Part shown: positions 1-9,997 of the stretch, piece after piece
Numbering within the stretch: the stretch's first letter is position 1
How the letters are laid out: each line of letters opens with the position of its first letter
Assembly: GCA_965116925.1 (NCBI GenBank)
Contig: OZ220744.1
Span: 32,001 to 96,000, forward strand
Direction of reading: 5' to 3'
From: Candidatus Poribacteria bacterium
Lineage (GTDB): Bacteria; Poribacteria; WGA-4E; PCPOR2b
Length of the DNA stretch: 64,000 bases
Program-made: the position numbers and the translations under genes
Notes under the pieces: generated by a model
What the model was told of the DNA's origin: nothing
The model's database searches: none
The model's input: only the letters and a program-made list of their open reading frames with translations

Positions 1-468
1 TTCTTCAGTGACCCTGCAACCGGTAAGGTCGCTGTCCATGATGTCGAATCGCTGGATGCCATTCAAAAACAGTTGACCGTAGTGGATCGGAAGTTAGATC
101 TGTGGGTTGTTCTCTACAACCATCAGCTCGAACACCCCGTCGGTCCGCATCTGGAAACTTGCGATGTTGTCACCTTCTGGACGTGGACTGCCGACCAATT
201 GGTGGATCTGGAGAAAAACTTCCAGCGTGCCGAAGAACTTGCTCTATCACCCCGCAAAATACTCGGCTGCTACATGTACGATTACGGTAGTCGCAAACCG
301 ATGCCGGTTGACTTGATGCGACATCAGTGTGAACTCGGTCTGCAATGGCTCTGTGACGGTCGTATTGATGGGATGATCTTTCTCGCCAGTTGTATCTGCG
401 ATTTGGAATTAGAAGCCGTCGAGTGGACGCGAGGATGGATTCAGGAAGTCGGCGATACGCCACTCTGA
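1..468 (+). CDS. Hypothetical protein, 5'-truncated by window edge (possible TIM-barrel/glycoside hydrolase-like C-terminus)
   Basis: Frame 1 is open from base 1 to TGA at 466-468; globular composition (YMYDYG, IDGMIFL); no diagnostic motif. Confidence 0.6.
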   Translation, partial: FFSDPATGKVAVHDVESLDAIQKQLTVVDRKLDLWVVLYNHQLEHPVGPHLETCDVVTFWTWTADQLVDLEKNFQRAEELALSPRKILGCYMYDYGSRKPMPVDLMRHQCELGLQWLCDGRIDGMIFLASCICDLELEAVEWTRGWIQEVGDTPL

Positions 469-516
469 TACATAATACCCCAAGTTGCTAGTCACTCAAA
501 ATCCATTGACTCTCTC

Positions 517-624
517 GTAGGGGCGGGGTTCCCCCGCCCGTCAAGCACCCTACCTTTCGCTCCAGAGGAGCGATATGTCTATAGAACGGTGATAGGATTA
601 ATCCCTGCGCTCCAGAGGAGCGCA
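517..624. repeat. Cluster of REP-like palindromes
   Basis: GTAGGGGCGGGGTTCCCCCGCCCG at 517-540; two copies of CGCTCCAGAGGAGCG at 558-572 and within 606-624. Confidence 0.75.
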
Positions 625-699
625 ATGTGTACAGCAAAAGCCAATCATCATACCTCTAAATCGTGATGGGGCTTGGTACAAAGGATAGATACAGGCATC

Positions 700-1899
700 A
701 TGATAGAAGCCGCTCAGAATGTAACCGATTTTTATGAGAAGAGTTCCTTCACTTCTGGACTGCAAGAGGCGATTGATGCCCTCCCCAAGAGTGGAGGGCT
801 TGTCTGGGTACCACCGGGGGTTTATACCCTACATCGCCATGTACGGCTGCGCTCCAACGTCACTATCCGTGGTGCGGGGCAATCCAGTCGCATCGTCCGT
901 GCGCCGGAGATTTCTTCCCCACTTATGAACGAAGCCCAAGCGGGTGAGACTTCCGTTCACGTTGAAAACGGATCGGAATTTACCGTTGGCATGGAAGTCA
1001 GTGTGTTCGACAAGGCACAACACGGTTGGTACGCCACACACGCTTTCATTGTGGACATCAACGAAAACCGGCTCCATCTGGATCGACCTATCAATCGTCC
1101 CTGCCATCCAGAGCGGAATGGTGGGGTAGCTCACGCTTTTTCGGCATTTGTGGGTTGGGAAGAGCGCGGGTGTGAATTGGAATCACTCTGCATTGATGGG
1201 AGTAATGCAAACGGTCAGAGTGTTTTTGTCGACTTTACCGTGTCTGCCATACATCTAGTGCGGACGGTAGATGCCCGTGTGAGGGGATGCGTCGTACAGC
1301 ATTGGCTCGCGGACGGTGTAAGCGTTCAGGGAGGAGTTGGAGCGATTGTCAGCGACTGCCTCGCCGAAGGCTGTCTGGGACACGGTTTCCACCCCGGCAC
1401 CTCCGTCCAGCACAGTCTCTGGACAAACAACATCGGGCGGGATAATGGTCGCGATGGACTCTATTTCTGTATGAACGTCCGCCATTCCGTTGTCAGCGAA
1501 AGCACCTTTTACGGCAACCACCGGCACGGCATCGGCGGTCTAGCCGACGGCGGCGATCAATACAACATCGTTGCCAACAACACCTGTGTGGACAATGCCC
1601 ATCACGGCATCGAAGCCTCTCGTGGCAGAGATAACACTATCAACAGCAATATCTGCTTGAACAACTCACAGGAGGAACCGGGCAAATATAGTGGAATTGC
1701 CCTGATAGATGTCAGCGAGATGACGGTCACCGGCAATAGATGTCTCGACGATCAGGACACACAAACGCAAGCCTACGGGGTTGAAGAAGGTGGGACAAGC
1801 GATAAGAACCTCATCGTTGCCAACCATTGTCAGGGAAATCTCGTGGGCGGTGTGATCACTGTCGGTGCTGATACAAAATCTGCGGACAACCTTGAATAG
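700..1899 (+). CDS. Right-handed parallel beta-helix (pectate lyase-like) protein
   Basis: N-terminal LQEAIDAL...GGLVWVPPGVY motif and many NNxxxxNxxxGI repeats; ATG at 700 preferred over TTG at 673. Confidence 0.85.
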   Translation: MIEAAQNVTDFYEKSSFTSGLQEAIDALPKSGGLVWVPPGVYTLHRHVRLRSNVTIRGAGQSSRIVRAPEISSPLMNEAQAGETSVHVENGSEFTVGMEVSVFDKAQHGWYATHAFIVDINENRLHLDRPINRPCHPERNGGVAHAFSAFVGWEERGCELESLCIDGSNANGQSVFVDFTVSAIHLVRTVDARVRGCVVQHWLADGVSVQGGVGAIVSDCLAEGCLGHGFHPGTSVQHSLWTNNIGRDNGRDGLYFCMNVRHSVVSESTFYGNHRHGIGGLADGGDQYNIVANNTCVDNAHHGIEASRGRDNTINSNICLNNSQEEPGKYSGIALIDVSEMTVTGNRCLDDQDTQTQAYGVEEGGTSDKNLIVANHCQGNLVGGVITVGADTKSADNLE

Positions 1900-1915
1900 A
1901 ACTGATCTACCTTCC

Positions 1916-1941
1916 GTAGGCGGGGCATCTTGCCCCGCCTA
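1916..1941. repeat. GTAG-type REP palindrome / bidirectional terminator-like hairpin between convergent genes
   Basis: TAGGCGGGGCA-TCT-TGCCCCGCCTA, perfect 11-bp stem. Confidence 0.75.
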
Positions 1942-2012
1942 TTCGCCCTTTGTTAAAACCTCAGCTTCTGTTGCACTGGTACAAAATACCCCCACCATCC
2001 AAAAAAATCCTG

Positions 2013-2666
2013 CTATTCCGGTTCATTCTCCGCCGCCCGCGGTGCGAGTTCATTCCACACTTCGCCAAACTCATAAACCTTCTTGTACATCGTGTAGACC
2101 CCTTCCCACATCGCTTTCCGTGCCTCAACGGCAGCGGGATTATCCCCATTAGCGTGAAGTTCCTTGAGTTTAGCCCCCATCTCTTTTTGTGCACGGGCAC
2201 AGGCTTGCGCTGCCTCCGCAAGGCTTTCAGCAACCTCAACATGGTGGTCAATCAGTTCTTCAATCGGTTTGTTTGGGTCCTCATCTAGGTCGTAGGCGTT
2301 GGGCGATGCGAACCGATGCGGCAGCCGTTCTCCGTCCTCTGTCCGTGGGGTATGGGTCGGATGGATGTGTGGTGTCACCGAGAGGTACATGATCATCGGT
2401 TCATCCCCGATTACGCGTACTCGGTGGACCTCGTCGGCTAGGGCAACGCACATTTGACCGGGCCCCAGTTTCTCAACCCCATCACCAATCTCGAAAATAA
2501 CCCGTCCTTCAAGGATGAGAAAAATTTCATGTCCCAAGTCGTGGCTGTGAATATCGGCGACTGAACCGGGCTCCATCCGCAAAAAACGGGAGCGGATCTG
2601 TGGCGTAACCAATACATTACGAATGTCCTCGTCGTTATGATAATCGTAGATAGCAAAACTCATCAT
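2013..2666 (-). CDS. Cupin domain protein with helical C-terminal extension
   Basis: HSHDLGHEIFLILEG and VH cupin metal motifs; GGAGG RBS upstream. Confidence 0.85.
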   Translation of the reverse strand: MMSFAIYDYHNDEDIRNVLVTPQIRSRFLRMEPGSVADIHSHDLGHEIFLILEGRVIFEIGDGVEKLGPGQMCVALADEVHRVRVIGDEPMIMYLSVTPHIHPTHTPRTEDGERLPHRFASPNAYDLDEDPNKPIEELIDHHVEVAESLAEAAQACARAQKEMGAKLKELHANGDNPAAVEARKAMWEGVYTMYKKVYEFGEVWNELAPRAAENEPE

Positions 2667-2809
2667 TTTCCTCCAATTTTCAATATCGGTTGATAGTAAC
2701 GGGTTTTCTAAATAATCAGAAAAATCCTTTGATCTCGTTCAAGTGTATCAAATTTCGCTGAAAAGTCAAATGCTAAAACGTAGTCTCTATGCTTTGAAGG
2801 TTTTTTGTA

Positions 2810-2838
2810 TTGACCAGCGTTCCTCAATTACGTATAAT
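2810..2838 (+). promoter_or_regulatory. Sigma70-type promoter
   Basis: TTGACC-17 bp-TATAAT upstream of the oxidoreductase gene. Confidence 0.7.
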
Positions 2839-2891
2839 GGATTGACCATTGATTGTTAATGACAATAGGTAATCCAAAAGGAGAATCAGCG

Positions 2892-3944
2892 ATGGCAGAA
2901 AAGAGATACCGAGTCGGCGTAGTGGGGCTATCGGGAATCGGGGCAAATCGTTTGGAAGCGGATTCAGAAGCGGTGCTGAACACCCCGATGCCGGGTTCGC
3001 ATGTCGCATCTTATGCAGCACTCCCACACACAGATCTGGTTGCGGTGTGCGATCTGAAAACAGAGTTGTTTGACCAGTTTAAGGAACGATGGGGTGATGT
3101 GCTTCCTGATGTACAGACCTATACAGACTACCGTGAGATGCTTGAAAAAGAGAGCCTCGACCTCCTCAGCGTTGTCACCTCCGACAACCGCCACACCGAT
3201 ATTGTGGTTGACGCAGCAAACGCGGGAATAAAGGGGATAGCCTGCGAAAAACCGCTTGCCACAACGGTTGACGACTGCAATCGCATGATCGCTGCGTGCG
3301 AAGCGAACGGTGTGCCAATTTCGATTGACCACACCCGAAGATGGTGGCCCGCCTATCATCGCGCCCGCAAGGCGATCCGAGAAGGGGCAATCGGTGGTGT
3401 GCGCCGCATTGTGGCACACATGGGCGGTCCCCGAGCCATGCTGTTCCGCAACGGTACGCACCTGATTGACGGTGTCTGCTTCTTTGCTGAATCTGAACCG
3501 GAGTGGGTGTTTGCAGAATTAGATGAGGGCTTTGAAGACTACTTTTCCTACCGTGGCGATGGCGGACGTAGCCCGGCTGGCGACCCCGGTGGCAGTGGAT
3601 ATGTTCATTTCAAGAATGGTGTCCGGGCACTCGTTAACGCATCGAAGGGGCAAGCGAGCGGTTTCTGTCTTGAGATCATTGGTGAGGAAGGACGTTTGGA
3701 TGTAGAAAATACAGTGACTTTGTCGACCGGTGCCAGTAGATCTGAGCTGCTCGACCTACCGCCACACATGATAACTGGTATCCCCGCCTACATCGAAGAG
3801 CTCATTGGAGTGATAGAGAACGGTGGCGAACTACTCTCTCCTGCGTCGGAAGCGAAGAAAGTGGTCGAGATCATTGTCGGATTCCTCAAGTCGCAAGAGC
3901 GCGGGAATGTGCGTGTAGACCTGCCACTACCGCCGGGAAATTGA
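2892..3944 (+). CDS. Gfo/Idh/MocA family oxidoreductase
   Basis: VGVVGLSGIG Rossmann motif, CEKPLA motif, NGTH(L)ID; AGGAG RBS before ATG 2892. Confidence 0.9.
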   Translation: MAEKRYRVGVVGLSGIGANRLEADSEAVLNTPMPGSHVASYAALPHTDLVAVCDLKTELFDQFKERWGDVLPDVQTYTDYREMLEKESLDLLSVVTSDNRHTDIVVDAANAGIKGIACEKPLATTVDDCNRMIAACEANGVPISIDHTRRWWPAYHRARKAIREGAIGGVRRIVAHMGGPRAMLFRNGTHLIDGVCFFAESEPEWVFAELDEGFEDYFSYRGDGGRSPAGDPGGSGYVHFKNGVRALVNASKGQASGFCLEIIGEEGRLDVENTVTLSTGASRSELLDLPPHMITGIPAYIEELIGVIENGGELLSPASEAKKVVEIIVGFLKSQERGNVRVDLPLPPGN

Positions 3945-3985
3945 TACCGTATCCAATAGTTAGATGATTTGTCAAGAGGTGGAAT

Positions 3986-4744
3986 ATGCACATTCAGTAT
4001 ACAGACCTACCCGAACCAAAATCGCTGCTCGAAGGGACGACCCTTGAATACGCGACACAAGATCAGGACTGTCGTTCTCTTGAGCGGTTCGCTATCCGTA
4101 CCCTCAATGCAGGGATGCGTACTCCAAAGATTATTGATGAATCGCGTGAATCATTTTGGATTATAATCAGTGGGGAAGGGACGATGGCGCGTGGCAACGA
4201 AACCACCCGAATCCGACCACGAGATCTGATCATCACGCCGCCGGGAGTGCCCCATTCGCTTACCGCCGGGGATACACCCGTCAAATGGTTTGACGTTGCG
4301 TTCCATTCCGTCACTTGGGAGATTGCTGCGGAGGCGTTGGGAGATGGTATTGGAGATCCACATGGCGACCATGTTCACGGCAAGCCGTCACTGGTCCGAG
4401 GTGAAGAGCTGCCGCCACAAGAGGGGGATTCTTGCTACCGGTATCCGCACGCTCGACCGCATTCAACGTTAGATCATTGGGATCAGAATAGCAGTGAGCC
4501 CGGAGCGCGTGCCGCCAACCATGTCCACGACAGCCACGAGGAGTTCTGGTATATCCACGAAGGTTCAGGGCATGTCGAACAAAACGGGCAGATCTTTGAG
4601 GTTTCAGCGGGAGATCTTATCGGACATGCGCCGGGCGTCCATCATACGCTCATCGCTGAAAAGGAACCGATCCGTTGGTACTGCTTCTGTATGAATCGCT
4701 GGCTGATGCCGCTTGTCAAAGACGCGCTTGTTGATGAGGCGTAA
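3986..4744 (+). CDS. Bicupin (two cupin domains)
   Basis: ESFWIIISGEG...PPGVPH and HVHDSHEEFWYIHEGSG...PGVHH. Confidence 0.85.
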   Translation: MHIQYTDLPEPKSLLEGTTLEYATQDQDCRSLERFAIRTLNAGMRTPKIIDESRESFWIIISGEGTMARGNETTRIRPRDLIITPPGVPHSLTAGDTPVKWFDVAFHSVTWEIAAEALGDGIGDPHGDHVHGKPSLVRGEELPPQEGDSCYRYPHARPHSTLDHWDQNSSEPGARAANHVHDSHEEFWYIHEGSGHVEQNGQIFEVSAGDLIGHAPGVHHTLIAEKEPIRWYCFCMNRWLMPLVKDALVDEA

Positions 4745-4805
4745 CCGGACTGGATAATCTCTCACAATCCAAGATGAAGCTCCCCTGTATTTGAAAGAAG
4801 GCTAA

Positions 4806-7493
4806 ATGAATGAGCTTACCAAAATTCTAGCAACGATCCAACGTCCGTTTCAGCAGGAAATTCGGAGCGGTTGCAAAGACAGTGTGGTGATTAACGGCTT
4901 AGGTGCCTATGTCCAACTCTGGGTTAGGAATGCCGAAAAGTTGACGCTTAATCCCACTGAAAAGCAGATGTTGGCTTCGCTTGTGAATCTGTTTTCAGAT
5001 TATGGGGCGTTATCGCCGACGAAGCGTCGGGAGGCCGTGGAAACCGCTATCGAACAGATTGAAGGGATAGAATCAGGAAATCAGAAGGCATCGCCGACTA
5101 AAAAACCTGCGGCAACAGCGGGAGCAGACGATCTTCCTCTGTTTCAATCATCGCCTAGCCAATCGTCAAAGGCACCTGCTCCTCCGGTGGAACGCGCCGG
5201 GAAGGGTAAAAGTCAACAAACGCTTTTTCCTGCCACCCCAGAGGGCAGTGGAACGCCAGAGACGATTAAACCGTCCTCTTCAAATTTCACAGTCCAGCCC
5301 GATTCATCGGAATCTCAAATTTCACATGATGATCCACAATCTGCCCCCCCAGCAAAGGTAGAGATTAAAGATGTCCCTATCTCAACCGATCCGGTGTCGC
5401 TGGAATTCTTGGAAACGGAAATCCAATATGCCAGTGGAATCGGACCGCGTCGAGCAGCGAGACTGATAGCAGAACTCAATATCCGTACTATTCGCGATCT
5501 GCTGGAATACTACCCGCGCGACTATCTCGATCGAGGGCATTTCCGGTCAATTTATGACGTAGGACGTACCGGCGAATACGAAACGATTCAAGGCGTAGTG
5601 GTCAATCAAAGTGAATTCACGCCGAATCGCAAGGGAGCAAAGTCCGTCGGCAAGATTGCTGTCTATGACCAAGCCGGCGTGGCGCAGCTGGTCAACTTTG
5701 GACGTCGTGTCGGCTATCTCAAGAACCTACTGAAAGTCGGCACACCTGTTGTCGTGAGCGGCAAATTTACCCGCCGCAACAACGAAATCCAAACCACCGA
5801 TTTTGATTTTGAGGTACTTGAAGCGGAGGACGCAGATCTTATCCATACGGGTAGGATCGTACCTAAGTACGCGCTGACAGCGAAGTTGACCCAACGGATG
5901 CTTCGCCAGTGGACCAAGACAGTCGTAGACGGGTATGCCGAGGGATATCCAGAGATTTTGCCGCTCGACATCCGACAACGAAATCAATTGATAGATCGGT
6001 GCACGGCGATCCAAGAGGTGCACTTCCCCTCATCCGAGGGGTATAAAGATGCAGCGCGAAGGCGGTTGGCGTTCGATGAGTTTTTCCTTCTAGAATTGGG
6101 ACTTGAACTGAAAAAAGAACGCTGGAAAGCGGAGGAGAAAGGAATTGCTTTCCAAGTCGAAGGTGAGCTGTTAGATCGGTTTATTGAGGCGTTGCCCTTC
6201 CAACTGACCGCCGCGCAGAAACGGGTGATTGAAGATATTAAATTGGATATGGCGAACGGTCAGGCGATGAATCGATTGCTTCAAGGAGATGTCGGATCCG
6301 GAAAAACAATCGTTGGAGCAGTCGCGCTGTTGTGCGCGATTCAGAGCGGGTATCAGGGGGCACTGATGGTGCCCACAGAAATCCTTGCCGAACAGCATAC
6401 CTACAACCTGTCGGAATTGCTTGAACCGCTGGGCTTGAAAGTCGTCCTACTCAAAAGCGATCTTTCCAAAACAGAGCGTGACGAAGCCCTCGCTGCTATT
6501 GCTGATGGTTCGGCTCACGTCGTTGTCGGGACGCACGCCCTAATCCAAGAGGGTGTCGAGTTTCATCAGCTTGGGCTCGTAATCATTGATGAGCAACACC
6601 GATTCGGTGTGATGCAACGTGCGACACTCCGTGATAAAGGGACAACTCCGGATGTCTTGGTTATGACGGCGACCCCCATCCCGCGGACCCTCGCCCTGAC
6701 AATTTATGGCGACCTCAATGTGTCCGTGATTGACGAAATGCCGCCGGGGCGTCAGAAGATAACGACAAGATGGGTGAAGGAAAAGGATCGCGAAAAACTG
6801 TACGCGCAGATAGAGAAGGAGGTCCAACGTGGGCGACAGGCGTACATCGTTTATCCACTTGTTGAGGAGTCAGAAAAGTTAGAGGAAATTAAGGCGGCAA
6901 CGGAGATGGCAGACCACTTTCAGACGAATGTGTTTCCGCATCTACGAGTCGGGTTGTTACATGGACGGATGCGATCGGTGGAGAAGCAGGACGTGATGGG
7001 GTGCTTCAAAAATAAGGAGATCGATATTCTGGTGTCTACCACCGTCATCGAAGTTGGGATTGACATACCCAATGCCTCGCTCATGGTAATTGAAAACGCA
7101 GAGCGATTTGGACTGTCGCAAATGCACCAGTTACGGGGCCGTGTCGGACGCGGCAGACATAAATCCTCCTGTCATCTGATTAGTGGACCAATGACCGACG
7201 ATGGGGTGCGCCGAGTCAGGGCGATGACGCGAACTAACGATGGCTTTGAGCTTGCGGAGGCAGATTTGGAAATCCGAGGACCTGGTGAATTTTTTGGAAC
7301 TCGTCAATCCGGGCTTCCAGACTTCAAAATCGCTAATATCCTCAAAGATGCGTCATTGCTTGAGATCGCTAAGTCGGAGGCAAATCGGCTCGCTAAGGCG
7401 GATCCAAGTCTGAGCCAACCCGTGCATCAGGTGTTGAAAGAGGTGTTACAGACACAGTGGCGTGGACATTTGAAAATGGCATCAATCGGTTGA
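4806..7493 (+). CDS. recG: ATP-dependent DNA helicase RecG with N-terminal extension
   Basis: LLQGDVGSGKT, DEQHRFG, MTATPIPRTL, QLRGRVGRG, RGPGEFFGTRQSG. Confidence 0.97.
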   Translation: MNELTKILATIQRPFQQEIRSGCKDSVVINGLGAYVQLWVRNAEKLTLNPTEKQMLASLVNLFSDYGALSPTKRREAVETAIEQIEGIESGNQKASPTKKPAATAGADDLPLFQSSPSQSSKAPAPPVERAGKGKSQQTLFPATPEGSGTPETIKPSSSNFTVQPDSSESQISHDDPQSAPPAKVEIKDVPISTDPVSLEFLETEIQYASGIGPRRAARLIAELNIRTIRDLLEYYPRDYLDRGHFRSIYDVGRTGEYETIQGVVVNQSEFTPNRKGAKSVGKIAVYDQAGVAQLVNFGRRVGYLKNLLKVGTPVVVSGKFTRRNNEIQTTDFDFEVLEAEDADLIHTGRIVPKYALTAKLTQRMLRQWTKTVVDGYAEGYPEILPLDIRQRNQLIDRCTAIQEVHFPSSEGYKDAARRRLAFDEFFLLELGLELKKERWKAEEKGIAFQVEGELLDRFIEALPFQLTAAQKRVIEDIKLDMANGQAMNRLLQGDVGSGKTIVGAVALLCAIQSGYQGALMVPTEILAEQHTYNLSELLEPLGLKVVLLKSDLSKTERDEALAAIADGSAHVVVGTHALIQEGVEFHQLGLVIIDEQHRFGVMQRATLRDKGTTPDVLVMTATPIPRTLALTIYGDLNVSVIDEMPPGRQKITTRWVKEKDREKLYAQIEKEVQRGRQAYIVYPLVEESEKLEEIKAATEMADHFQTNVFPHLRVGLLHGRMRSVEKQDVMGCFKNKEIDILVSTTVIEVGIDIPNASLMVIENAERFGLSQMHQLRGRVGRGRHKSSCHLISGPMTDDGVRRVRAMTRTNDGFELAEADLEIRGPGEFFGTRQSGLPDFKIANILKDASLLEIAKSEANRLAKADPSLSQPVHQVLKEVLQTQWRGHLKMASIG

Positions 7494-7511
7494 TTGAAAG
7501 GAGTCGATAAA

Positions 7512-7697
7512 ATGTTAATGACTTATACTGCAAAATATACAAAAATAGATTCCGGGTATATGGGACAATTAGTCGAATGGCCCGAAGTAATCACCGAAGG
7601 AAGCACTTTGGAAGATTGCCGAGGAATGCTTCAAGATGCACTGCGCGAAATGATAATGGCATATCATCAGCAGAACCAAGAGATCCCGGTTGGATAA
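7512..7697 (+). CDS. HicB-family antitoxin-like small protein
   Basis: YMGQLVEWPEVITEGSTLEDCRGMLQDAL...EIP pattern of short HicB; AGGAG RBS. Confidence 0.75.
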   Translation: MLMTYTAKYTKIDSGYMGQLVEWPEVITEGSTLEDCRGMLQDALREMIMAYHQQNQEIPVG

Positions 7698-7763
7698 CTG
7701 TTAATCAATTGTGCAAACAAGCTGGATTGAAACTGAATTTCTGATATTGAAAGGACTGAATTT

Positions 7764-9158
7764 ATGGCAGAAAACGAAGATACAAATGTAGAGAGGCACT
7801 CTGAAGATCCCTATGCGCTGCGAAGCGAATATATTCAAGAACCTCCCGTCGGTTTTTGGAATACGGTCAAGTTTCTCGGACCGGGGTTAATCTTAGTTGG
7901 TTCCGTGGTTGGGTCAGGCGAAATTATTCTGACGACAACGCTCGGCGCGACGGTCGGTTTTGTAATGCTCTGGTGGATGCTGCTTAGTTGCTGGGGTAAG
8001 AGTATTGTGCAGGCGGAACTCGGACGTTACGCTGTCTCATCGGGCAGTACCGCTCTCGCTGCGTTCAACGACATCCCCGGCAAGTTTCCCTTTTTCCGCA
8101 GCAAAATGTCTTGGTTTATTTTGCTATGGTTTTTGCAACAGATTCCCGGTCTCATGGGCGGTGGTGGAATTTATGGGGGCGCGGGACAGGCGTTGAGCAT
8201 GATGATGCCGTTTATGGATTCCAGATATTGGACAATTATTGTTGCTGTAGTGACGGCAGTGCTAATTCTGAGCGGCACCTATCGTTTCCTCGAAAAGCTG
8301 CTAACCTTTATGGTTGTGACCTTCACTTTTATTACGCTGGTATGTGCGGTCCTGTTGCAATTCACAGAGTATGCTATCACATGGGCGGACGTGGGAGCTG
8401 GACTGAGGTTTGATTTTCCCACCTTCGCAATCGCAGCCGCATTGGCGGCTTATGGAGGCACCGGGGTCAATGCCGGTGAGTCGATGGCGTACACCTACTG
8501 GTGCACTGAAAAGGGCTATGCCCGTTTCACCGGACCGACCGATGACAGCGAAGGTTGGGTAAACCGGGCGCGTGGCTGGATTCGCGTTATGCAGACCGAT
8601 GTGGTTCTGACGCTAATTGTCCTGACTTTTGCGACGATTCCTTTTTACATGCTGGGTGCCGGTGTCCTGAACCGTATGGGGCAGATGCCCGATGGGTTGG
8701 ATACGCTCAGCATTCTGTCTAATATGTACACACAGACGTTAGGTCAATGGGCGTGGTGGCTGTTCATGTTCGGAGGATTCTTTGTCCTCTTTTCAACGGT
8801 GGTTTCAGGGCTTGGCGGTGGCTCACGAATGATCGCCGATGTAATGGGTGTTATCGGTGTGATTGACCCCAACGACTACGAAAAGAGAGTCCGTGTGCGA
8901 CGTATCTGGGCAGTAGCTGCACCAGCCATCCAGTCGTTGTGCTATTTCTTTATTAAGAATCCGGTCTGGATGCTTACTATCAGTGGCACGATTGGGGCGA
9001 TGATGATGCCGCTCGTTGCGGGCAATACAATCTACCTGCGATATTTCCGCACAGACCGCCGCATCGCACCGGGAGGGAAGTCCGACGCAGTGCTTTGGAT
9101 CTGCTTCCTTGCCATGATCGGACTTGCAATCTATGCCATCTATCTTCGATTTGCCTAG
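7764..9158 (+). CDS. NRAMP-family (YcsG-like) secondary transporter
   Basis: LGPGLILVGSVVGSGE motif and about 11 hydrophobic segments. Confidence 0.8.
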   Translation: MAENEDTNVERHSEDPYALRSEYIQEPPVGFWNTVKFLGPGLILVGSVVGSGEIILTTTLGATVGFVMLWWMLLSCWGKSIVQAELGRYAVSSGSTALAAFNDIPGKFPFFRSKMSWFILLWFLQQIPGLMGGGGIYGGAGQALSMMMPFMDSRYWTIIVAVVTAVLILSGTYRFLEKLLTFMVVTFTFITLVCAVLLQFTEYAITWADVGAGLRFDFPTFAIAAALAAYGGTGVNAGESMAYTYWCTEKGYARFTGPTDDSEGWVNRARGWIRVMQTDVVLTLIVLTFATIPFYMLGAGVLNRMGQMPDGLDTLSILSNMYTQTLGQWAWWLFMFGGFFVLFSTVVSGLGGGSRMIADVMGVIGVIDPNDYEKRVRVRRIWAVAAPAIQSLCYFFIKNPVWMLTISGTIGAMMMPLVAGNTIYLRYFRTDRRIAPGGKSDAVLWICFLAMIGLAIYAIYLRFA

Positions 9159-9163
9159 ACTTC

Positions 9164-9191
9164 GTAGGGAACCCAGATCCGCGTTCCCTAC
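9164..9191. repeat. GTAG-type REP palindrome
   Basis: GTAGGGAAC...GTTCCCTAC inverted repeat in a short intergenic space. Confidence 0.65.
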
Positions 9192-9210
9192 TATGAAAGG
9201 AATGAAATTG

Positions 9211-9942
9211 ATGCTCACCCCCGAAGAAAAGCAATCCTACGAGGAGAACGGTTTTATTCTAAAAAAAGCCCTCGCTTCACCTGAAGATATAGAAAAAATC
9301 CGTGAAGAGATCGAAGACATTCACAATCGCATGGCGGAACAACCGGTTGAGGACGTTGGTCTCTCATGGGAAGAGTTCGATGACCCCACCCTGCCCCCAC
9401 GCCTCAAGCAGCTGATGCACAGTGAGGTGATAAGCCCGACCCTGAACAAAATCTTGCGATCAGATACAATGTTGGACATTATTGAACAGATGATTGGTCC
9501 CGATGTTTCACTGTATCACAGCAAGCTGCTCCCCAAAGATGCCAAAGATGGCACGGCGATTCCGTGGCATCAGGATTATGCCTATTGGAATCGGGACGAT
9601 AACCGTCCGCTGATGGTGAATTGCCAACTCGCAATTGATGCCACAACTCGGGAGAACGGCTGCATCCAATTTGTCCCCGGCAGCCATACGTGGGGTTTGC
9701 AGGAACATCAACGACGTCAACAAACATTTGGCGTATTTTTGCCGGGACACTACCATGAACGTGAGGATGCTGTCCAAGTGGAGATGGAACCGGGGGATGG
9801 GGTCTTTTTCAACGCGCTGATTATTCACGGCTCTGCCGCCAACACCTCTGGCCTACCTCGACGAATGAACACCTTCGCTTATAACGTCACAGGCAACGGG
9901 TTGATGCAGTGTCGGCAGGCGTTACGCGGTAAACCGCTGTGA
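9211..9942 (+). CDS. Phytanoyl-CoA dioxygenase (PhyH) family Fe(II)/2OG enzyme
   Basis: WHQD, NGCIQFVPGSH, IIHGSAAN...R. Confidence 0.9.
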   Translation: MLTPEEKQSYEENGFILKKALASPEDIEKIREEIEDIHNRMAEQPVEDVGLSWEEFDDPTLPPRLKQLMHSEVISPTLNKILRSDTMLDIIEQMIGPDVSLYHSKLLPKDAKDGTAIPWHQDYAYWNRDDNRPLMVNCQLAIDATTRENGCIQFVPGSHTWGLQEHQRRQQTFGVFLPGHYHEREDAVQVEMEPGDGVFFNALIIHGSAANTSGLPRRMNTFAYNVTGNGLMQCRQALRGKPL

Positions 9943-9997
9943 TACGTGCAACACGATGGGGCGTTTTTCTGTTTGGATACGAAAGTAGGTACATAAC

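Noticed and set aside
4806..5400. RecG N-terminal extension as a novel fusion
   Set aside because: A helical N-terminal extension with a low-complexity linker is known in RecG from several phyla.
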